This document shows positions 41,604 to 57,165 of a stretch of DNA of 64,000 nucleotides, piece by piece. A program made the translations under genes and the position numbers. The stretch covers positions 153,512,001 to 153,576,000 of the forward strand of contig OZ024741.1 of the NCBI GenBank assembly GCA_964016885.1, read 5' to 3'. Numbering within the stretch: position 1 is the first letter of the stretch; each line of letters starts with the position of its first letter. The stretch is from Eledone cirrhosa (Eukaryota). The notes below the pieces were generated by a model. That model made no database searches. It was given only the letters and a program-made list of their open reading frames with translations, and had not been told where the DNA came from.

Positions 41604-43614
41604 TACTTTTATTTATTATAGGCTAACTGGATCCTATAGGGGAATAGTCACATTGTGATAACTGAGCATGCAATGAAATGTATTGTGTGGGTGATAAAAT
41701 AATATTGTTAGATGAAGAAAATTAAAGATTATTAAATTTTTTTAATTTTTTTTTTTTTTTACATTTTTTCTTTCATTCTTGATTTCTATTCCCCCTTTCT
41801 CCAGAAAGCACCTTTTATATTGACCCTCTTTCTTTACTCTCAAAAATGAAAGACGCACACAGTTTACTGTGCTTTATCTACTTATAAAACAGGCAAGAGA
41901 CATCTTTTCCTTCCTTCCTCACTTCCTTTGTTTATTACTTTTTTGTTTCCAATAATAAAACTCTTACATTTCAATTTATTTTCACAAAATATTTTGAATT
42001 AACAACAAATAGAAAAGGAAACCTACATAATTTTCAAATGTTTACCTGAAAATTCTTGAATGATATTTTGCTATTAAAAACCTCCTTTCTATAAAATACA
42101 TCTGATGCCAAGCTTCGATGGTGCTAGGCTGAAGGTCATAATATAATACTTGTTTACTACTATTTTCAGTGCTTAGGTATCGTTAAACAATTCTTCTTCT
42201 ATCCAAATTTTCTTTTCTTTACCACCCCACCCTTCCTTGCCATCACTTCTGTAACTAATTTAATTTTATTATTTTTATTTTATTTTCTATCTTTCTGTCT
42301 CCTGCCTAATATCGTCTTATTACAGTTTATCAAGCGCTACACCCTATATACCCCTTTGAACACATGTAAACACTTGAGTATGCTATATGAAATGTACCCC
42401 CTGCTGTCAACTTGTAGTGTCAATGTTGCCAAAGTTGGAATAAATGAGGATTTCATATGAACTTAAAAAAGGAATTTTTTTTTTTTTTCCCGTATATTGT
42501 TCTTGTTAACCTCGATTGGAATTTGAAATCCTTCTCCCTTGGTGGTGTTTTTTTTTTTTTGTTTTGTTTTTTTTCTTGCCAAGGTTACTTTTGTTAACTT
42601 ACTTGTCTTTTGTTTTTGTTAATATTTTGTCTTGTTTTAATAACTTGTGTTTCTTGTCTCTCTTTTGAGTGGCAAGTCTGTCTTCATTGGCCTTTGCCTT
42701 TCTCTAATTTTAATAACCCATCTAAAAAAAAAAAACATATTTTATACTTCTGTCTAGTGGTGTATCTTAAACATTTTCATCAGCCACTTTGATATTGTAT
42801 TCTTCTTCTCCTTCTAACACGTTTCCTAAGTAGGGGCCATAAATTACTACATGACTGTTTGTAACATTAAGCACACTGTCCTTCCTCCTTCCCTCCCTTA
42901 CATCTCGCATCCAGCAAGTGATATGTAAAACAATCTCAACTCTGAGTATTTGGTTAAAGTCCTGGTGAGGGCAGCATTTCGTCCTCATTCTTTGAGTAAG
43001 ATATTTCTAGAAACCATGAATCTCAAATTTAAGATATCTAAATTATTTTTTGTTTCTAACCCTCTTAGTTTCTTATTTGCTCTAGTTTCATTTTTTTATT
43101 GCTGCGCTTTTTATTTTTCCCTCTGAATTATTTAACCCAATTAACCCCAGATCTGCTAGTTTTGTTTTTCATGCAGTAGAAGCTCAGCTCATTCCTCTCC
43201 CAGCCTAATTTTCTTTAATGTTAACAAAATATTCTTTCTTTCCCCCCGTTCACTTTCCTAATGACTCTGTTAAGGTTTCATTGATTTTTTTTTTTTTTTT
43301 CTCTTTTGATTTTTTTTTGATTTTATGTTAGTGACTGATTTGTATCGTTAATTTCACACTACTCATTGAGCAGACTTTTTAACGAGGTAAAATTCATGAC
43401 TTCAATGATGGGATAACCTGTATCGCACAAATGCCTCATGGCAAGATTATACAATGTTTGTGATAAAAGTCTAGATGAAATTATAGAGAAAGTACTCTAG
43501 TCTGTGCTAGTTCAAATGTTGCTTGTCTCTGAGATATAAACATGGAATTTGTAAAGAGTTTTATTTTAATTTATATTGTGAAACCAGGCACAAACTTGAC
43601 CCTGTGTGTGTGTG

Positions 43615-43646
<32 letters not shown>

Positions 43647-45444
43647 CGCGCGCGCTGTTTGTCAAATATTTCTTGTTGACAAACCTTTTTGATAGGGGAT
43701 GTTTAGGAGTCAACCACTGTCTCCATGATGACAATATTTTAAAGCTCATACCTAATATTCTCTCGCATACATTTTATATATATTATATATAATAAATACA
43801 CAGATACTCAAACACACACACACACTATTGCCAGCCTCTGATGCCATAAGTAAAAAATCCCAAGATGCCCTCAAATTCCATCCTCGGGATGTGAAAATTT
43901 AACTCCTTGCCAATAATTTGTCAGAAGCTTTAAGGAAAATATTTTCAAAAAATCTAATTCCCTTCCAAAATAGTTTAGTGCTAATCATGTTTGTATTTAA
44001 CTTGTTGACTTGACTTAGTGATGTATACTGTCTTAACAAGCTTGTCTAAATCTCATTTATAATCTTCTCCTTAAATACTTAACAAATAGCCTTTAACTGT
44101 AGCTATTAACTCTCTGTATTTTAATTAATCTTTTTATTTTATTGCTAGTGAAGGAAAAGTTGTCTAGATTGGTGGCCATTAAACTGATATACTGTTTTTT
44201 AAACTTTACAGTCTAAGATGAGTTTTTGTTATTTATAGTAGCTACAGCTCAGTTTGTTTTAACATGTTCTCAAATTAATTTTTTGTGTGTGAATGTGCAT
44301 GAGTGACGACGACTTGTAAATTGTATGCAAGTTACACAAATTGCATTTTTATTTTGAAGTGCAGTTCAGACAATCTGCACAATGTGTGCAAGTATGCAAC
44401 GTGAACAGTGGTCTTTTTTCTTAAACCTGCGATCACGTTGATAGGCTGACTTTGTCGGTCGTGTGTTTGTTGAATAAAGTTTTTTTTACTATTATTATTG
44501 AGGAAAAAAGTCTATAAAACGTACCCATGTGTGAAATGTAAATTAGCCCAGCTTATTGTTTGGGATGACGTATTTATCAGTAAATGAATGAATCTGATGT
44601 ACAAAGCAAAGTTTTCGTTTTTAGCTACAGCTTTTTATCAAATTCCCACTCCGCTGACTTTTCTTTCTTTTTTTAACTTATGTTAAATACCCACAAACTT
44701 TGTGTGCAAGCTGACCATTACATAGATAGGTCATCGTTCATATACGAAGTGGCCGACACAAATGCTTCTCCATGTGAAACTACCATACTACTCTGCTAAT
44801 ATATATTTGCAGAGCTTCTTAATATATTTTACATCGTTAAAAACATTTTTCAGAAAGCCTTTCTTAAAGATTAGACGAGACTGGGATAAACCATTTATAT
44901 TTTCATAAATTGTTATAAAATAAAATTTTTAATTAAATGACCAAAGAACAATGGTGAAACCACTTTGTTTTAAAGAAGTGTGTTGATGAATTGCCCAATT
45001 TGTAGTCAGCTTCTTCAGATTTCAGTTTGGGATTGGTGAAAACTGGAGTGAACTTTTAAAAAAAAAAAAAAAGGCTACCTTATTTTTTAATGTCCAGTCA
45101 TAGGCTAACCAGCTCATATTTCTGAAATATAGCATGAATATAAATTTTTTTTTTTATAAAGATTGGAATAATTAATGATATTTATTTCATCTACGCCCCA
45201 TTTCCTCCCCACAAAATGGAAAAAAAGCTTTAACCTCAAATTTTAATCCAGTTTAAACTGATCCTGTTAGGTTCCATAGACAAGGTTTATCTTTCTTCTT
45301 ACCCACCCATCCTAGTTCAACCAGTCAGAATTCTTCACATTACTGGAGTATGCATTTTGTCTTTCACTTCAAATTGCTTGCCTAAGTGGCTAGCTGCTGA
45401 ATGATGGCTGGTTATATATATATATATGTGTATGTATATATATA

Positions 45445-45506
<62 letters not shown>

Positions 45507-48500
45507 TATATATATAATATGCAGATTCTTAAACGGTCATAGATTTTGAACTGCTCTGTTCCTTAAAAAAAAAACCGGTGTTAGCTGGCTGCGTGCGTCA
45601 GTTAATCATACGCACATACACATATATACTTACATCTGCATACGCACAGATAAATACTTACCACACACACACACACACACACACACAGATATACATAATT
45701 GAGCTTGTCCGTGCTTGATTGTGATGGCAGATTCAAATGTTGAGTGTTTGAGTGTGGCTAAACCATTAGTGGTTTAGTCCATTTTCTGTGTCGCCACTCT
45801 GACATCCTGGTTAGGAATAGCAACATGCTTGTACTACTACTACTACTACTACTACTATTACAACTACTACTACAACTCAATACAGATCCATCCTGTAAAT
45901 CTCTCCAAATTTCTGTCTGTATAAAAATTATTAAAAACAATAAAAAATATCAAAAAAGATAACTGGAAAAAGCCCACTTAATATTTTTGTTGTTACCTTC
46001 TACTGTTAAAAATAGCCTCTGAACTTATGGCTGTGCCCTGCTGTACTCTAGTATTTAGTTGCAACCTATTTTGGCTGGTCATCAATATACTTAGTGCAGT
46101 CTTTTTTTGTTTATTTTTGTCTTTGTGTGACAGAGAGTTGTTTTTTTTTTCTTTCAGGTACAGCAATACTTTTAGACCTGGTTTCAATGTGACGTTTTTC
46201 TCTCATCTGAGACATTATAGTACCCTTTATTTTAAAAAAAGTGAATGCTTTAATTAAAGGGTTGCTTAACCCTTTTGTTACCCATCTTTCTGATGAAAGA
46301 GACTGCCTATGGTGGTTAAATAATTAAGAATTTGGAGGGATTTAGTAAAATAACAAACTTCCTCATTAAGCTGGTATTTGGAACATAAATGTTCTTATAT
46401 AAAATTATGATGGAATGTTTTTAGATAAATACAAAGACTTTAAAAACAAGCAGTTTTGTATGATAAAGAAACCAATCCATTCTGCTGTTGTCTACCTGTT
46501 TATTATTGTGTTACCATAACAAAAATGACCATATATCATTCTGTAAACAGTTGTTTCTTATATAGACTGTGAAGACTGAATATGGACTTGCTGACCTTCA
46601 TGCTGTTCTCAATAGAACTAGTGTAGGGATGTGAAACAGTCACAACAAAGAGTTGAAGTTGAATAGTTGGTTTAGTTAATCAGGAAACTACTGTCTTTCA
46701 ATTATGCCTAAATAGATACAGATAATATTAATTTCCAATTTAGACAACAGGCTAGCAAGGTTGATTAAATCAACTTCACTGGTATTATAGTTTACCAACC
46801 TTAGAAGGATGAAAGGCAAAGTTGACTTTGACAAGATTTGAACTCAGAATGTAAAGAGCCAGAACAAATACTTCAATGGCATTTTATCTGATGCTTTATG
46901 GATCTACACCCTTATAGACATTCAAAACAGACTATTAAGATAACTAGCTTTTTGTGTAATTATGGTTAAACATCTGTTATTAAAACATGTAGCTATATTA
47001 TAACAGGAAAATCAGTGGAATGGACCTCCATTGGTTTAGGTGGTGAGTGTTCCAGTTGTTTGGTCAATGGAGCAGTCTGGTCATGAAATTAGTTTGTCAC
47101 TTAGCATTCCACAAATATATGTACCCTTAACGTAATTCCCAGTGAGATTCAGTAGGACAAAGCTGCTCCTTTAATTTACATATAGAGTCCATCCACTGGG
47201 CTTCCAAATAGTTTCTGTGGTCCCAGTTTTACTAACAAGGTTATGTATGGTAAATGACACTTGTCCAAGATGCCACACATAAAACCCAGGACAATAATTG
47301 CAAAGTGAACAACCTAACCATTATGCTATAGTGCATCTGCAATCTAATGTAAAATAAAACAAAACTTCAGGACAAATACTTTTTAGGAAATGATGCATTA
47401 GGGAGTAATGAAGTGACACACTTTTCTTTCAGATGGCAAATTGTGTAACAGTTGAGTGAAATGTTGGCTTTTATGGCATGACTAGTGGACCAGTGCCATC
47501 AGTAATGATGGCAATACCGTTGAACAGATTTAATTTTTGGAGTCCAAGGTTTGCGTTTTGATAAATTAATAGCTTGCATAAGGGGATTAAGAGAACAATA
47601 TTTTAATAATTCATTTCTTGCAAATAATTACATAAATGTTCAGCAAGTACAAATGTCTGTTAAATGCATGAATAACTTTTGGAGAGATAAGGATTTAGAG
47701 GGACAAGAACTTGTGATTAGAAATTATATATATATATCTGCAAACAGATGGTATATTTATTGTTATGATTGATGGATAATGTAATGTGGAAGGGGTATTT
47801 TTGGACCTCCATCGTTTCTAACAATGAGTGCTCCAGTTGATTTGATTAATGAAACTGCCTACTCGTGAAATTAAAGTAAGGAGGTTCGGCGTAACACCTG
47901 GCCTCTTAAATTATAGGTACAACTCATTTTTGCCAGCTAAGTATATTGCTCAAAGACAACGCCCGGTCCAGGAATCGAAGGAACGCTTACAAATACATTA
48001 GTAGGTGTATGCGAGGGGAGACAACTATGGTGACAATCGGCTGGAAATGATTAGTGACAGTTACAAACTTGCATGAAGAAAAGTTGATTTAATTCGAAGT
48101 GCTAACATAGCATAGGCTTAACTCTTATGAAATGAGAGAAACTGTTCCTGTGTGGGCTAATGCCTAGACTGTAGAAGCTATTTTTTAAATTTTATATTTG
48201 ATAGAACAAAGTTACAAACGTCCGTTTTTTTCCCTGCAAAACAGCATGGACGGATCGTCACAGATCAATTCAATACTCAGTCGGAACCATTGACCTCTCA
48301 GATGGACTGGGAACTGCATCTTGCTTACATACATTTCCACACAAACTCTGCGGAGTGCGCCGGGTACTAGGGAGGGTTTTGACGTAACTAAAGAATCCTA
48401 GCCCTTTGTTTAGTAGTTTTTCTATGGTTGGATGTCCTTCCTATCACCAACACGAGAGAGGTTGTGATGCGACAAAGAACCCTCTATAGACAGAATCATA

Positions 48501-50116
48501 GTTATCTTCTGGTAATGACGCTATGATATCTGTAACGTGTGAAAATATTTTCAGTTAGATTACGTAAATACATTAAATTTAATTTTAACAATACTTTCTT
48601 CAAAAATCTAAAAGACAAAGGTTTGTCTCGCTAACTTCTACACATTTAATACAATATCTTTCTTCTTACGGATGAACCAGTCAAAAGTCAGCAGTTTCCA
48701 TTTTATTTGAAGATTTTAAAGAAGACAGCATCGGTTATCAACACTTTGTTCTTAAATGTTGGTGACGTACCAAAATAAATTAACGCCCTACGGGGTCCAT
48801 CGGAAAAAAACTTTAATTTAGATATTCAAAACAGAAAAGCCGCATGGTCTTGGTAGAAAACTACAAGTTTGTATGAACAATTCACTAACTTAACTTTTCT
48901 TGTAAATATTACAATGAAACTATAGAACCTACTGAAAATGTCACACTTCCCATATTTTCCACAGACGCTTTGTTCTATCCAATTTATGAACTGTTTGTGT
49001 TCATGTAAATATCTCAATAAGGTGGTGGATTGACAGAGTCGTTAAGGCGTCGAATAGAATGCTTTGCGGTATTCGCCCCACCTCTGTGTGCTCTGAGTTC
49101 AAATCCCGCCGTGGTCAACTTAGCCTTTCATCCTTTCGAGTTCGATAAAAATGTACCAGTCCTATACTGGTGTCGATTCTTCCTCTATAGAAAAAATAGG
49201 CTGTGTTCAGGCCTGGGGAGGGTTGGGCTCCGCCAGGTTTAAAAGTGCCCTTGACACGCCGTATGACAGTGCCTCTACAACTCCACAAGGAATTATGGGA
49301 TCTTTATCCTTAAATAGCTCAATAGCCAAAGTGAGACAAGCCATGACACCATTAAGTTGTATGTAAATTAAAGTATTTAAAAATAAAATGAGCTAAGGAG
49401 AATAACTCAACTGAGCCAATGGCATAATGTTAAGGAGTGATGTAGTGAATAATGAAGACTTAAAATTTTCAATTACTTTTCTGAATTGAAGAAAGAAAAT
49501 ATTTTAGCAGTTATTTTTAGCAACTATGAAGGAAATGGGGGAATAATTTCAAGAAACTAGGAATGTTTCACAAAATCATTTTATAGACTCGGGAGGAATA
49601 ATCTGATGTTTGCTAGGAGGGAGTGCAACAACTAGGGTTTTTCTTTTTTCTTTTTTACCTTCTCAGCGAAATAGAGTAAAATTCGTATATAGGCGTTCAG
49701 AGGACAAAATATTTACATTTTGTAAATGATTTACAAAGATTTCTAGACAGAAGTGATTTGCAATAATAATAAAATAAAGTAAGAGATATAACTCAAGTAT
49801 GCTAATGGCATGAGTTTTTTTTTTTTTTTTATAAGCTACAGAACGACGTACGCAAAAAATCTTAACTGAAATTTTCCTTTTATTTACAGAAAGAAGAATT
49901 AGCGGTACTTATCAGGGACTCTCAAAGAAAGGGGAGATAACTTAGTGTGATAAGATCGATGCTAACATTACACTTGTGGGGAGAGGAGTAAATCATTACC
50001 TTAATCTGGTAAGACAGCCCGGAATAAATTACAGCTGTAGAATGTGAATACAATCGTCATAAAACTTCTACTTCAATGATACGAATGCGATAAAAATGTC
50101 GAGACCTCCTTAAATA

Positions 50117-50311
50117 TAGGGTGAGCATAAAGTCTTTGAAACCACAAAATACTTTTTGTTTCATAGTTGTAATTTTCACTAACAAAATGTAGAAGAGAAA
50201 ATGTAAAACGTTCAGAAAAACTTTAAACTTTAAATTTATAAATTAAAACAATGAAAAAGTAAAATCTCAAATAGTATTTTATAATCAGGGAAAAACTTTA
50301 TGCCTATCCTG
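50117..50311. mobile_element. Tc1/mariner-type MITE
   Basis: TA|TAGGGTGAGCATAAAGTCTT ... AAAACTTTATGCCTATCCTG|TA. Confidence 0.55.
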
Positions 50312-50989
50312 TATATGAAAAGTTACTATAACAGTAGGTGCGTGTGTCTAAAATGGTTCTTTCAAGAAGAAATTATCTAGGAATTTATTGGCTTGTAATC
50401 GTAGAGTAATAGTGATTATCATAATGTATTCTTAAGCATGGGCGTGGGTATATGCCAAAGAAAACAACAACTAGGATAAATAAAATATTAACATATTAAT
50501 ATGCATAGAAATTAAGCGGTATAAATCATGCTGCTTTATTCTAAAAATATACAATTTTTTTTTTTACTATAAAGAATTGAGAGAAGCGACAACATATTAT
50601 CATAAACTTCAAATATGCCGACAAAAATAATCAGAAATAGTTGTCTTAAAATGTTAGTTCTTGTAAATAATATATTAAAAAGGAACGTATTTGGACACCC
50701 GCAGGAGTGAGCCCCGCCAGTTGGAATGACTATTTCAAGGCGTCTCTTTCGCTATACTCCGGGGTAATGCTTTCTCTATTCTATCTGCTGCGACCACGAT
50801 TAAAAATATAAGATATTTAATTGAAAGAAACGTTATTACGTAATTTCTGCACGATAGTTATTCGTTCGTTGATAAACAGCCCACAAAACAAATTTCCATT
50901 TCCGTATGACCTAAATTTCGTCAGAAGAATGGAAAGTTCTGACCAAATCTAGGCCATACGGTGTTAGATCTTATCTTACGGAGGTGAGC

Positions 50990-51790
50990 TAAACGAGATT
51001 TCTCAAAGTTCTTTATACCTTCGTGGCAGACAGTTCTCCATTTTTTTACGGTTGGCAATCATGGCTTCAAACGAAGAAAGAGGTACGTTGACAGACTTAA
51101 GATTGTACTTCAGATTGTCCTTATATCGGAGTAGTGGCCTGCCCACACTATGCGCACCATCCTGGAGCTGACTGTACAACAGTACTTTAGGTGGGCGGTC
51201 TTCAAACATCCATAGGACATGACCAGCCCATCTGAGTTGGGATTACATCAGAAATGACCAAATCCCACCAATGTTGCACCTTGCGAACAGTTCGGCATTG
51301 GAGACTCTGTCAGACAGTACATATCCACAGACAGAGTGAAGACAGCGTTTGTGGAAGACATCAAGCTAATGAATGTGGGTGCAGTAAAGTGTCGATGACG
51401 CTGAGCCATATAAATGTATTGTCAGTACCACTGCACGATAAGGGACAACTTTTGTTTTCAGGGACATACCTCTATCACTCCATAGGCGGTGATGTAGTTT
51501 GCCAAAAGCATGCGATTAACAATCTCAACATCCAGGGATGCAGAGCGGTTCACCTGGCTGTCAAGGTAAGTAAAGGGGCTCATATGCGTCAGATCCTTGT
51601 CATCAACAGTGATGGGTGCAAGAGGATGCTTTTGATCTCGCCGCGCCTGTTTAACGCCTCCTACATGCCTGGTGGGATGACTTTGGTTGATGTACCACCT
51701 CAGTCTTATTGATGCTAATTGTATGACCAAAAGCCTTACAGACAAGCGAAAGGCGGTCCATCAATTCCTGTTTGAGGGATGCTGGAACAA
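50990..51790 (-). mobile_element. RTE-clade LINE remnant (post-RT region)
   Basis: PFTYLDSQVNRSASLDVEIVNR and QLRWAGHV..DRPPKVLLYSQLQDGAHSVGRPLLRYKDNLK. Confidence 0.8.
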
Positions 51791-51793
51791 GTG

Positions 51794-51826
<33 letters not shown>

Positions 51827-53149
51827 GAAAGATTCAGGATGCCGGCGGCTGAGCTCCGGCCGTTTCGACCAAGTATCGAGTTCTCTAGTGGGTTATGGTT
51901 CACCTGGTATTTTACCACACCCTATGTGATATATATATATATATGCGTGATTGATTGACAAACTGATGTAGAGATAGCCGAACATGCAGATGAAAAAAAA
52001 AAATGATTTCTCACCGAACCTATAAATTTACGTATAATATACTCTATTGTTTGTATGTAAAGAGTACTAAGTTGAATAATGGTCTAACCAGTCTCAAAAA
52101 GTAACATTACATCTCTCCTTCTCTCTCTCTCTCTTTCTATATATATATATATATATATATTATAGTATAATATATATGGTGAAGCGAGGATATTTTAGAT
52201 GGCTTTAGTAGGAATCTACTCATAGTCAACTGTGTAAAAGTTATTCTATATATGTATTTATATAAACACACACGCGCGCGTGTGCACACACACAAACACA
52301 CATATATATATATGTAGTTATAGGTGAAAGATATGAGAAATATTTTTGTGGAAAAAATACAGAAAGTTAGACACAATCAGAAAACATATCCAACCAAAGA
52401 AAAAAATAGAATAATATCTTACAATAGAATAATATCTTACAATTGTTTCAGCGTTGCCACCGATCATTACACGGTCAAAATTCTAGAAGGGGGCGTAAAA
52501 CTTGGTACATGTGCAAAGAAAGTGGCAAAACCTCTTCAGAAACAAAAACAACCAGAAAATAATTTTTTTTTATTTTTTCCAATACGCTGAAAGGTCGAAC
52601 TCTATAAGGCAAGATGCATGCCACAGAGGTTACATTTCAATATGACGCGCTTAGATTCTAATTTATTACGATGAAAAAAAAAAAATGCCATATTACATCA
52701 TAAGGACACTAGTTGATCAATTTTTAAAGAAATGTGAAATTAATGTAACTGTTGAAGGGAGATAACTGGTACTAGACAGTGATTAGACATGCTATATAAA
52801 GAGTATGACGGACAGAAAAAATACATGGATAGATCGTCACACACACACACACACACAAATATTCATTGCCTTTTGCTTTACAACAATATCCCACGACCCA
52901 CTACCATTTTTCCTTCACTATTCTCTTCCGACTTCTCCCTTCTTGTCATCGCCGTCTCACCGCTCTATTTCTCTCTCACCCTGGTACCTCTAATTTCACC
53001 CCAACCCATCTTATTCTACTTTTACTCTTCCTGCTGCTTCTACACCTTATCCCCACACCCATCTCTCCATCATGCCCAATCTCACATCCTTCCGTTGCCA
53101 ACTCCATTCCACGCTCAAACGCTTTTCCACCCTTTTCTCCATTTGCATC

Positions 53150-54100
53150 CAATATTCCTTGCATCTCTCAAAAATCCCCTTCACCAAAAAATACGCTACG
53201 ACACTTCTCTAAGCCGTTGTCTCCACCAACACCTCATTCCCCGAGGTTTCCACCTCAACATCCACCCAGCCTCCTACTCAGCTCCCACCACTGAACCTAT
53301 CCTTACCCGCTCCTCTTACCATTCCATGCGGTCGACCCTCCCTTCCACCCTCTCCTGACCGAGATCTCCTCAAAGCCTATCTCCTTCTTTCCTCTATTTG
53401 CCATCCCATCCTCGCCCAATCCATTATCTAATTCCTCATCCACTTCAATTGCCTCCTCTTCAATTTTCTCACCTCCGCCAAGAAACATAAAACTTGTTTC
53501 ACTCCGTTCCGTCTGTCGTCAACACCCACCCACCTCACTTCTAGCCCTAACCAACTTCTTTCCCCACACTGACTCCGCACACGTCACACCTAACCACCAC
53601 AGTTCCTCCACCTTCACTACTTTCTCTCCCTCACGTACCTCCTATGCAGTTGTCTCCCTACTCCCAGACCTACTACTATCCGAAGCTGGACGCTCCCCCC
53701 TCGCCAGAAGTTTACGCTTCATACTCACCATATCCACTTGTGACAAGTTCCAAACATGTACTGAGGTTGAACCGTTCTTACGTCCTTTAAATCTACAAGA
53801 ATTCTTCCACGACACACTACCATCAGCCCAAACAGACTGTTTCACATGTGTCAGTTGCCGACAATCACAGTGGGCGCCGAACTCAGTGCGCAGGATTGAG
53901 GCCCTCCGACAGCTTCACAACACCCAATTTTACCAGCCTTTATCTTCTGACCCCACCCCCAGGCAACCAACAGCTCGTGTCCTCCACCATTCACCATCCC
54001 ATCTCCTTCTCCTCTCTCCTACCCCTTACTGCCACTAATTTCATAGTGCACACCCCTCGCACACCCACCATCTACTTCCTCCCCAAGATACATAAACATG
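53150..54100 (+). mobile_element. Neptune-type Penelope-like element, N-terminal/RT-upstream remnant
   Basis: LSRCLHQHLIPRGFHL, LARSLRFI..FLRPLNLQEFFHD and LPLTATNFIVHTPRTPTIYFLPKIHK (PLE LPKIHK motif). C-rich composition. Confidence 0.7.
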
Positions 54101-55009
54101 AATAAATAAAATAGATAAATAAATAAACAAACAAAACACACACAAACTCGGATATAACGCTTTGCATCCCAAGTACACAGCTCACAAAAACAAGATGGTG
54201 TAGAACAGAACAAAGGAGAGACATAAAATAACAACAAAGGTAGTAACTCAGGAGATCACAGAATGTGTGACGAAAGAGCTTTGACAGTCAACAACTAAAC
54301 AATCATCTGGTTATTAAACTAACCGACTGGAAGTATAAACTGAAGTAAAAACATATATATATAAATATATATATTACCATTGCTTCTGGTTTTATTGCTT
54401 GTAGATTCTGCCCAATGCCAACCAAAGTTCCCAAGGAAACTGTTGGTAGTATCGGTAGAGGGTCGGATGCCATGCTTTGCAGCAAAGAGTTACGGCCCCT
54501 TATGGTCTGAGTTCAAATCCCGCCAAGGTTAACTTTCCCTTTCATCCTTACGGGGTCGATAAAATAAAGTACCAGTAATACACTGGGATAATTGCTGGTC
54601 TTGTGCCAAAAGTAGAAACAATTATTCATGTGTGTGTGAATTTAGTTATACTCTATCACCACTGATTCTTCTTTTCACAAATATCATTTCTTTTGATTTC
54701 TATTAATTCCTTAGGGAATTGTTTGACCAACTGCTTTTGTTAATTGCTTTATTTATTTGTCTGTTTTTTGTTTGTTTTTTTAATTTGTTTTCTTTTTATA
54801 TGACTTCAGATTTTTTCTTTGAACGTAAAGTTTTGATAATTATCAATAGTTTAAATAACATTTTAATCAATATTTTATATTTAGATTTTTTAAAACTTTA
54901 TTTTGACTTTATGATAAATTTTAGACTTTTTAGAACTAAAAAAAATAATAACTTGCAATATTTTATCCAAATAAGTTTTTTTCCTGCCATTTGAAACTTT
55001 CATAGACTT

Positions 55010-55395
55010 TTAAGACTCTTTAGCAAAAAATTGCCCTAATAATAAGTAAACACCAACAAGATCAGTGACTTGTGCCGAGTTACTAGAACCCATAGTAATA
55101 TCAAAGTTGTTAGGTCGGCTAGTTCGAGTCCACAACGAACAGTCAAATTCTATAATAGTAAGCCTACCTGCAATAATGATATCTATCTGATTCTTAGTAA
55201 GATTAGTGAAGCTCTTAGCAAATATTAGGGCCTTGTTTAAAATAATAGGAGATATAGGGGAATAATAATTATCAATATCAAATTGTAAAAACTTAAAGCT
55301 ATTTTTATTACTAATACTGGTGAACCAATTAATAACTTTATCTGTGTTAGCCCAAAACATAAGGCCAATTTTACTTTTCAATTTAGGTATAATTC
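55010..55395 (-). mobile_element. Penelope-like RT fragment
   Basis: VINWFTSISNKNSFKFLQFDIDNYY..FDITMGSSNSAQVTDLVG. Confidence 0.8.
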
Positions 55396-56629
55396 ATCTA
55401 ATGGAAGACTTGATATTCACTGCGGGAATATATTTGATCATAGATCATTCCAGTAAGAGTTGATCTCATGCTAAACAAGCGGTACAATTTATAGCTAAAT
55501 GGAGTGGAATTTTGAGATGTAATGTTGCAAGATATAAATTATTGGTTTTTCAGTTGGCTGTCTAGTATTCCGCGACCTTGACCATCCACGACTTTAATCT
55601 AGACCAGCTGACATAGATTTTACTGATCAATGTTGACTGATATATCTGGTCAGTCAATAACAATCACTCAATGTACGTTTATGTTGTTGTTTAGCTAAGG
55701 TCTTGATCTAATCCAGTTGTAACCTCTCCGTCTTTTTATGTGATACAGGGGGAGCCCTAGATAGTTCAATTGATAGAAGCACTCTAACATAGATTTGAAA
55801 ACAGCAGCAGAACAGTCAAATTGATGTGTATTTTAGTCGCGCAGGACTTTGCTAACCCCTTTGTGGCTGTATTTCTAATGACATACACACTATTTTAATT
55901 AAAAGAATTTTGAGGGATTTACTAAAATTATTATTTCATTACTAAGATAGTACCTTAACATATGGTTCTTATATAAAATTATGCTGGAAGATTTTTATTT
56001 CAATAGGAACCTTTTAAAAATGGTTGGTTTTGTTTCATAGAACCAGAACCAGTTTGGTATCAAAAAGGTTAAATGTTTGAGAATATAGCCAGGAGGGTTG
56101 TTTTTTTACATCTTGCTGATCTGTCTTATATCGACATACGTATAGAACAGAGTATGATGTGGCAGACAATATGAAACTGAATGAACCGACAATAAAATAA
56201 CACTGAAAGATACATGGTTTTCCACCAAATTCTTAATTTGTAAATTTTTATTTTGTTTTTTGCTAGTTGCTATGTAGTTTCAACATTTGACAAAACTATA
56301 GTTTAGTCCCCTCCACACACACACACACACACACACACTATAGTTATGACCAATATTCTGTGTATATTATGTTATGATCATTGTAGGCCTGCAGTTTCGA
56401 TCATGAGTGTAGGCCACCTACAATTAAATGCTGTAAATCGCCAACCAAGATAGACTTGTTTAAATTTTATTTCAGAGAAAGATGTATGATTTGTGAGTTG
56501 AGGTCGATAGCTTTCGATTGCATTAGTCACGGGAGGTACCATGAATTGAACCAAAGTTGCTATCATTTGCCTCCTTTCGCTTCACATCGTCTGCTATCCT
56601 AATACGATAGTGAAATGTCACTGGGTACA

Positions 56630-57165
56630 TTGATAAAAGTAGACAATGGGGAGGAAGGAGAAATAATTGTGATAGAAATCCTTAGAAGACGAAAGAGAAG
56701 GGGTAGAGTAAAAACACGAAACACTATAGATAGCGAGTTAAAAGCATAAGAGATGTGAGGGAAAAGAATGGATAAAAGAAAGAAAAATGAAATTAAGATA
56801 GGATGAGAAAAAGTGAAAGTAGAGAGCAAAAGAAAAAAGAGAGATAATAAAACACATTTACGAGATACGGGAGTGAATGAGTAAATAGGGGATAAAGAGG
56901 AGGAGAAAGGAAAGGGGAAAAGAATATAGTTAATGAGTAGTGAAAGGAGGAGGGGTAAATAAGAGAATAAGCAGAGAAAGAGAAAGGGGGAAATAGTATA
57001 TGAAACAAGTAGTACAAGAGGGAAGAAGTAAATAGGAGAAAAAGAGGAGGTAGTAAATAAGTAGTTTGAGAAAAGTGAGAGTATATAGAAGAATAAAGGA
57101 GCGGAGAAAGAGAATGAGGAACAGCATAGTTAATAAGGGGGGATGAAGGAGAGAAACCATCTAAA
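56630..57165. repeat. Purine-rich (G/A) low-complexity tract
   Basis: Strongly A/G-biased + strand with no coding signal. Confidence 0.75.

Noticed and set aside
52789-53358. 189-aa ORF as a host gene
   Set aside because: Low-complexity start running into a decayed Neptune-type Penelope element.
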